A DNA stretch of 64,000 nt, from assembly GCF_044324785.1 (NCBI RefSeq), contig NZ_CP172127.1; one strand, 5' to 3'. Origin of the DNA: Escherichia coli. GTDB taxonomy: Bacteria > Pseudomonadota > Gammaproteobacteria > Enterobacterales > Enterobacteriaceae. The position numbers and the translations under genes are program-made. Positions within the stretch are counted from its first letter, which is position 1. Each line of letters starts with the position of its first letter. The notes under the pieces were generated by a model. That model did no database searches, was not told the origin of the DNA, and saw only the letters and a program-made list of their open reading frames with translations. Positions 59,928 to 64,000 of the stretch are shown here, one piece after another.

Positions 59928-60263
59928 ATGTCAGGTGAGAAACCAAGATACCGCGTTCTGCGCCTCTCTCATATCCATAACACTCTGTGGCCGGAGGGGG
60001 CAGAAATCGAATACGAAGGTGAGCCTGGTAGCGCACTGGAACCTGTTAACGATGCAGCCAGACAGGCAAAAGCAAAAGTTGCAGGAAAGGTGTCAATGGC
60101 AGCAACCAGCACCAAAATCATCAACGATGTGTCAGATGATGGTGAACTGGATAAGCTCCGTGAAGAGTACGAATTGCTCTTTAACGAGAAGCCACACCAT
60201 AACGCCAAAGCCGAAACGCTCCGCGAGAAGATCGCAGATAAGCGTAAAGAACTGGGCGTGTAA
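59928..60263 (+). CDS. Hypothetical head-module protein
   Basis: ATG 59928 behind SD aaggtga; followed by hairpin aggggc-ttcg-gcccct+ttatt (60281-60301). Confidence 0.55.
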   Translation: MSGEKPRYRVLRLSHIHNTLWPEGAEIEYEGEPGSALEPVNDAARQAKAKVAGKVSMAATSTKIINDVSDDGELDKLREEYELLFNEKPHHNAKAETLREKIADKRKELGV

Positions 60264-60313
60264 GCCTCGCGGATCAGACAAGGGGCTTCGGCCCCTTTAT
60301 TGCAGGAGTGTAT

Positions 60314-60637
60314 ATGGAACTCGTAAACCTCAAAACCGGCACTGACAGCTACCAGGATGAGAGCGGAGAAACCAGAACTCGCGATGAATACCCGTGGGGG
60401 CTGTGCATCACTCTTAATAACGACACATTGAATAAGCTGAAGGCGCAACCTAAGGGCGTCGGAACGGAAGTGATGATAACTGCAAAGGCTGTTATTCGAG
60501 GCCTGTCTGCCAGAGAAACTAACGATGGCGTTAATCGCAGCGCCGATCTGCAGATCACTGATATGGCGATCGCTCCTGTTTCCGGGGATGTAGAAAAATC
60601 AGCGGCTGAAACTCTGTACGGTAACGGAGGTGAGTGA
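60314..60637 (+). CDS. Hypothetical head/neck protein
   Basis: ATG 60314 behind SD caggag; 4-nt overlap with the next gene. Confidence 0.55.
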   Translation: MELVNLKTGTDSYQDESGETRTRDEYPWGLCITLNNDTLNKLKAQPKGVGTEVMITAKAVIRGLSARETNDGVNRSADLQITDMAIAPVSGDVEKSAAETLYGNGGE

Positions 60638-61242
60638 TGGCCTCTGTAGTAGAGATCTGTAATCGTGCGCTGTCCAATATTGGCAACAGCCGCAGCATTA
60701 ACAGCCTGACGGAAGCCAGCAAGGAAGCGGGGGAATGTTCGCTGCACTTTGAGGCCTGTCGTGATGCTGTGCTTTCTGATTTTGACTGGAACTTTGCTAC
60801 CAAACGCGTGGCGCTTGCAGATACGAGCAATCCACCGCCTGACTGGGAATATGCGTACCAGTACCCGTCAGATTGTCTGCGCATTACTGAAATTATGCTT
60901 CCTGGTGTACGCAATCCAACAGCAGCAATGCGCGTTCAGTACGAAGTTGGTGCAGACACCAACGGAACAGGAAAGTTGATCTACACAGACCAGCCTCAGG
61001 CATGGCTCAAGTATGTCTCTCGCGTTACAGATGTGAACATGTTTGATGCCATTTTTATGGAGGCGTTGGCCTGGCGTCTTGCGGCAGCTATTAACATGGC
61101 GCTGACTGGGAATGCAGACCTCGGTACGTTTGCCCTCAATATGTACAATCGCGTGATTCTTAGTGCTGGCTCGCATAGCCAGAATGAATCACAGGAACCA
61201 CAGCCACCGGTTGATGAGTTTACCATTGCGAGGTTGTCCTGA
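60634..61242 (+). CDS. Tail tubular protein A-like (T7 gp11-like size and position)
   Basis: 202 aa directly before an 823-aa protein, the gp11/gp12 size pattern of podoviruses. No motif-level proof. Confidence 0.45.
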   Translation: MMASVVEICNRALSNIGNSRSINSLTEASKEAGECSLHFEACRDAVLSDFDWNFATKRVALADTSNPPPDWEYAYQYPSDCLRITEIMLPGVRNPTAAMRVQYEVGADTNGTGKLIYTDQPQAWLKYVSRVTDVNMFDAIFMEALAWRLAAAINMALTGNADLGTFALNMYNRVILSAGSHSQNESQEPQPPVDEFTIARLS

Positions 61243-63713
61243 TGGCTATCAGTTGGATCCAGCCCAGCTTTGCCGGTGGTGAGATTGGACCGTCGTTGTA
61301 CGGGCGTATTGACATGGCGAAGTACCAGGTAGCATTGCGCAAGTGCGATAACTTTATCGTGCGGCAGTATGGCGGCGTTGAGAATCGACCTGGTACGCGT
61401 TTTGTCGGTGCCGCCAAATACCCAAATCGGAAATGCCGCCTGATCCCGTTCCAATTCTCGACGGTTCAGACTTATGCTCTGGAGTTCGGACACCAGTACA
61501 TGCGCGTTATCAAAGATGGTGCGTTGGTGCTGAACAGCAGCAATGTTATTTATGAAATTGCCACGCCATATACTGAAGCCGATCTGTTCCGAATTAAATT
61601 CACGCAAAGCGCCGACGTGCTTACGCTGGTTCACCCGGCATACCCGCCGAAAGAGCTGCGCCGCTATGCGCATGACAACTGGCAACTGGTTGATGTGGTA
61701 ACGAAGAACGGGCCATTTGAAGATATCAATATTGATGAGTCAGTGACGGTTTATGCCAGCGCCAGCACCGGGACAATTACGTTAACGGCAAGCGCCTCTA
61801 TTTTTGGCGCGGAGCAGGTAGGCAAATTGTTCTATCTGGAACAGCCTGCAGTGGATTCTGTGCCGGTATGGGAAACCAGTAAGAGTACGTCGATTGGCGA
61901 TATTCGCCGTGCAGACAGTAACTACTATCGCGCCGTTACAGCAGGCAAAACAGGCACTTTGCGCCCTTCGCATACAGAAGGCACATCATGGGATGGCTGG
62001 GGCGGATCCGGTGATGATGATACTGGCATTGAGTGGGAGTATCTGCACAGTGGTTTTGGCATTGCCCGTATAACTGCTGTAAATGGCACTACTGCAACTG
62101 CTGAGGTGATTTCCTATATCCCTTCGCAGGTCGTTGGCGAGGATAATGCCAGCTATAAATGGGCTAAATATGCCTGGAACAGTGTTAACGGTTATCCTGG
62201 CACGGTTGTTTATTATCAACAACGTCTTTACTTCGCCGCATCGACAGCGTTCCCTCAGACTATCTGGGCCAGCCGTACTGGGGATTATAAGGATTTTGGC
62301 AAAAGCAATCCTACGCAGGATGACGACAGAATTATCTACACCTATGCCGGGCGTCAGGTTAATGAGATCCGCCACCTGATTGATGTCGGTTCGCTGGTGG
62401 CACTGACTTCCGGAGGTGAGTACGTCATCACCGGCGACCAGAACAAAGTATTATCTCCATCATCATTTGCATTCAGCTCTCAGGGATCAAATGGTTCGAG
62501 CAATGTCCCACCAATTGCCGTGGCGAATATTGCTCTGTTCGTCCAGGAGAAAGGCAGTGTTGTCCGTGATCTGGCCTACTCATTCGATGTTGACGGCTAT
62601 CAGGGGAACGACCTTACTATCCTTGCCAATCATCTTTTTCAGAAGCACAGCATTGTTGACTGGTGCTTCTCGATTGTCCCTTACTCCAGTGCCTTCTGCA
62701 TTCGTGATGACGGTAAATTACTGGTGATGACCTATTTGCGTGATCAGCAGGTTTTTGCATGGGCACCACAATCCAGTACCGGAAAATATGAAAGCACATG
62801 CAGTATCAGCGAAGGCAATGAAGATGCGGTGTATTTCGTCGTTAACAGAACCGTTAACGGGCAAACAGTGAGATACATCGAGAGACTGTCCAGCCGTTTA
62901 TTTACCAGCGATGAAGATGCTTTCTTTGTTGATTCTGGCCTTAGCTATGATGGAAGAAATACGTCTGACAGAACGATGACCATCACTGGTGGTTCTGGTG
63001 AATGGGATTACCACGCGGAATATACAATCAGTGTTTCTGGTGGTGCGTACTTCACCAGTAGTGATGTTGGTGCGCAACTACAGTTCCCTTATACCGGAGC
63101 TGATCCTGATACTGGCGATGAAGTGTCAAAAGAATTACGTTGCGACATTATTTCTGTAACCAGCAATACCGCAGTAGTGGTTCGTGCTAACAGGAACGTC
63201 CCGCCATCCCTCAGGAATGTGGCCACCACGAACTGGCAGATGGCGCGCCGGACATTTGGCGGCTTGTCTCATCTTGAAGGCCAGACCGTAAACATCCTCT
63301 CTGATGCGAACGTGGAACCACAAAAAGTGGTTTCCGGAGGTGCCGTCACGCTGGAATCACCGGGGGCTGTTGTGCACATCGGCCTGCCAATAACTGCTGA
63401 ATTCGAAACACTGGATATCAACATTAACGGACAGGAAACGCTGCTGGACAAAAAACAGGTGATCCCATCCGTTACTCTGGTTGTGAATGCCAGCCGCGGC
63501 ATCTGGGCGACTACGCCCGGCGGTAAATGGTACGAATATCCACAGCGTGAATTCGAGTTCTACGATGATCCTGTTGATGACGCTACCGGAAAAGTAGAAG
63601 TGAAACTGGACAGTAACTGGGGCAAAAACGGACGTGTAAGAATCCGTCAGCTTGACCCGTTGCCGCTGTCTGTTCTTGCCGTTATTCCTCGCCTTACTGT
63701 TGGGGGATTCTGA
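61242..63713 (+). CDS. Tail tubular protein B-like (T7 gp12-like size and position)
   Basis: 823 aa; ATGA-type overlaps at both ends; assignment by size and order only. Confidence 0.5.
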   Translation: MAISWIQPSFAGGEIGPSLYGRIDMAKYQVALRKCDNFIVRQYGGVENRPGTRFVGAAKYPNRKCRLIPFQFSTVQTYALEFGHQYMRVIKDGALVLNSSNVIYEIATPYTEADLFRIKFTQSADVLTLVHPAYPPKELRRYAHDNWQLVDVVTKNGPFEDINIDESVTVYASASTGTITLTASASIFGAEQVGKLFYLEQPAVDSVPVWETSKSTSIGDIRRADSNYYRAVTAGKTGTLRPSHTEGTSWDGWGGSGDDDTGIEWEYLHSGFGIARITAVNGTTATAEVISYIPSQVVGEDNASYKWAKYAWNSVNGYPGTVVYYQQRLYFAASTAFPQTIWASRTGDYKDFGKSNPTQDDDRIIYTYAGRQVNEIRHLIDVGSLVALTSGGEYVITGDQNKVLSPSSFAFSSQGSNGSSNVPPIAVANIALFVQEKGSVVRDLAYSFDVDGYQGNDLTILANHLFQKHSIVDWCFSIVPYSSAFCIRDDGKLLVMTYLRDQQVFAWAPQSSTGKYESTCSISEGNEDAVYFVVNRTVNGQTVRYIERLSSRLFTSDEDAFFVDSGLSYDGRNTSDRTMTITGGSGEWDYHAEYTISVSGGAYFTSSDVGAQLQFPYTGADPDTGDEVSKELRCDIISVTSNTAVVVRANRNVPPSLRNVATTNWQMARRTFGGLSHLEGQTVNILSDANVEPQKVVSGGAVTLESPGAVVHIGLPITAEFETLDININGQETLLDKKQVIPSVTLVVNASRGIWATTPGGKWYEYPQREFEFYDDPVDDATGKVEVKLDSNWGKNGRVRIRQLDPLPLSVLAVIPRLTVGGF

Positions 63714-64000
63714 TGATCGATGTTCGAATTGTTCCCGCTACCGAAGAGCATCTTCAGATGATTTTGCCGGATGTTCGTCAGGCTGATATTGACGAACTGT
63801 ATGCGGTATCGCTGATGACTACCGAAGATGCGCTGCGTGTTGGTCTTCGCACTGCGACTATGGCCTGGTCAGGATTTGCGAACGGAGAACTGGTAACCAT
63901 GTTTGGCGTATCTCCGGCGTCAATGATCGGTGGCAATGGTACGCCATGGCTGGTAGGAACCAGCCGTATTGAAAAATATCAGAAGACATTTCTTCGCCAC
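63713..64000 (+). CDS. Phage structural-module ORF, 5' part (runs off window)
   Basis: ATG 63713 overlaps the previous TGA. Hand translation MIDVRIVPATEEHLQMILPDVRQADIDELYAV... stays open to nt 64000. Confidence 0.55.
   Translation, partial: MIDVRIVPATEEHLQMILPDVRQADIDELYAVSLMTTEDALRVGLRTATMAWSGFANGELVTMFGVSPASMIGGNGTPWLVGTSRIEKYQKTFLRH

Larger units (their letters stand above)
38712..64000. mobile_element. Prophage (left end at guaA; right end beyond window)
   Basis: Integrase, Xis-like, RecET, repressor/cro, O/P, terminase, portal, capsid and tail-tube genes are contiguous from 38831 to the window edge. The attL core was not identifiable without attR. Confidence 0.9.

Noticed and set aside
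60996-61685. 229-aa minus-strand ORF, with similar ones at 57861-58442 and 60349-60747, inside the structural module
   Set aside because: They are antisense to a tightly overlapping plus-strand gene chain with ATGA/4-nt couplings, and no independent signals support them.

Overview
The window is an Escherichia coli-type chromosome in three parts. (1) Nt 1-22376 and 33994-38711 are conserved core genes: hscA (3' part), fdx, iscX, pepB, sseB, the ryfA small-RNA locus, sseA, yfhM (alpha-2-macroglobulin), pbpC, ndk, rlmN, rodZ, ispG, hisS, yfgM, bamB, der, yfgJ, then xseA, guaB, guaA. (2) Nt ~22377-33993 is an 11.6-kb adhesin island between yfgJ and xseA. It carries an intimin/invasin-type inverse autotransporter (SinH-like), a SinI-like secreted protein and a 2679-aa repetitive RatA-like protein, in the layout of the Salmonella CS54 island. 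(3) From ~38712 to the window end (continuing beyond 64000) is a prophage inserted just after the guaA terminator. It has a P4-type integrase, an AntA-like antirepressor, an MT-A70 methylase, an AlpA-like Xis and RecE/RecT. Its immunity and replication region holds a tandem-HTH repressor, a cro-like gene and lambda O/P-like replication genes with iterons. It also carries many small accessory ORFs and terS/terL. Between terL and the portal gene sits an inverted cassette with a gp49/gp66-family gene, tRNA-Arg(UCU) and an unassigned ~320-nt GC-rich leader. The late region is a BPP-1/T7-like podoviral head and tail-tube module. No CRISPR array, rRNA or IS element was seen. The most unusual signals are in the prophage. 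A 15-bp palindrome, TTACC-N5-GGTAA, occurs 11 times, always intergenic and at module boundaries. A promoter-to-terminator unit carries the tRNA and the possibly structured RNA. There is an RNA-regulatory-looking leader upstream of the antirepressor gene. In the adhesin island, SinH, SinI and RatA share sequence modules. All functional calls rest on by-eye sequence recognition and synteny; no database search or folding was possible.
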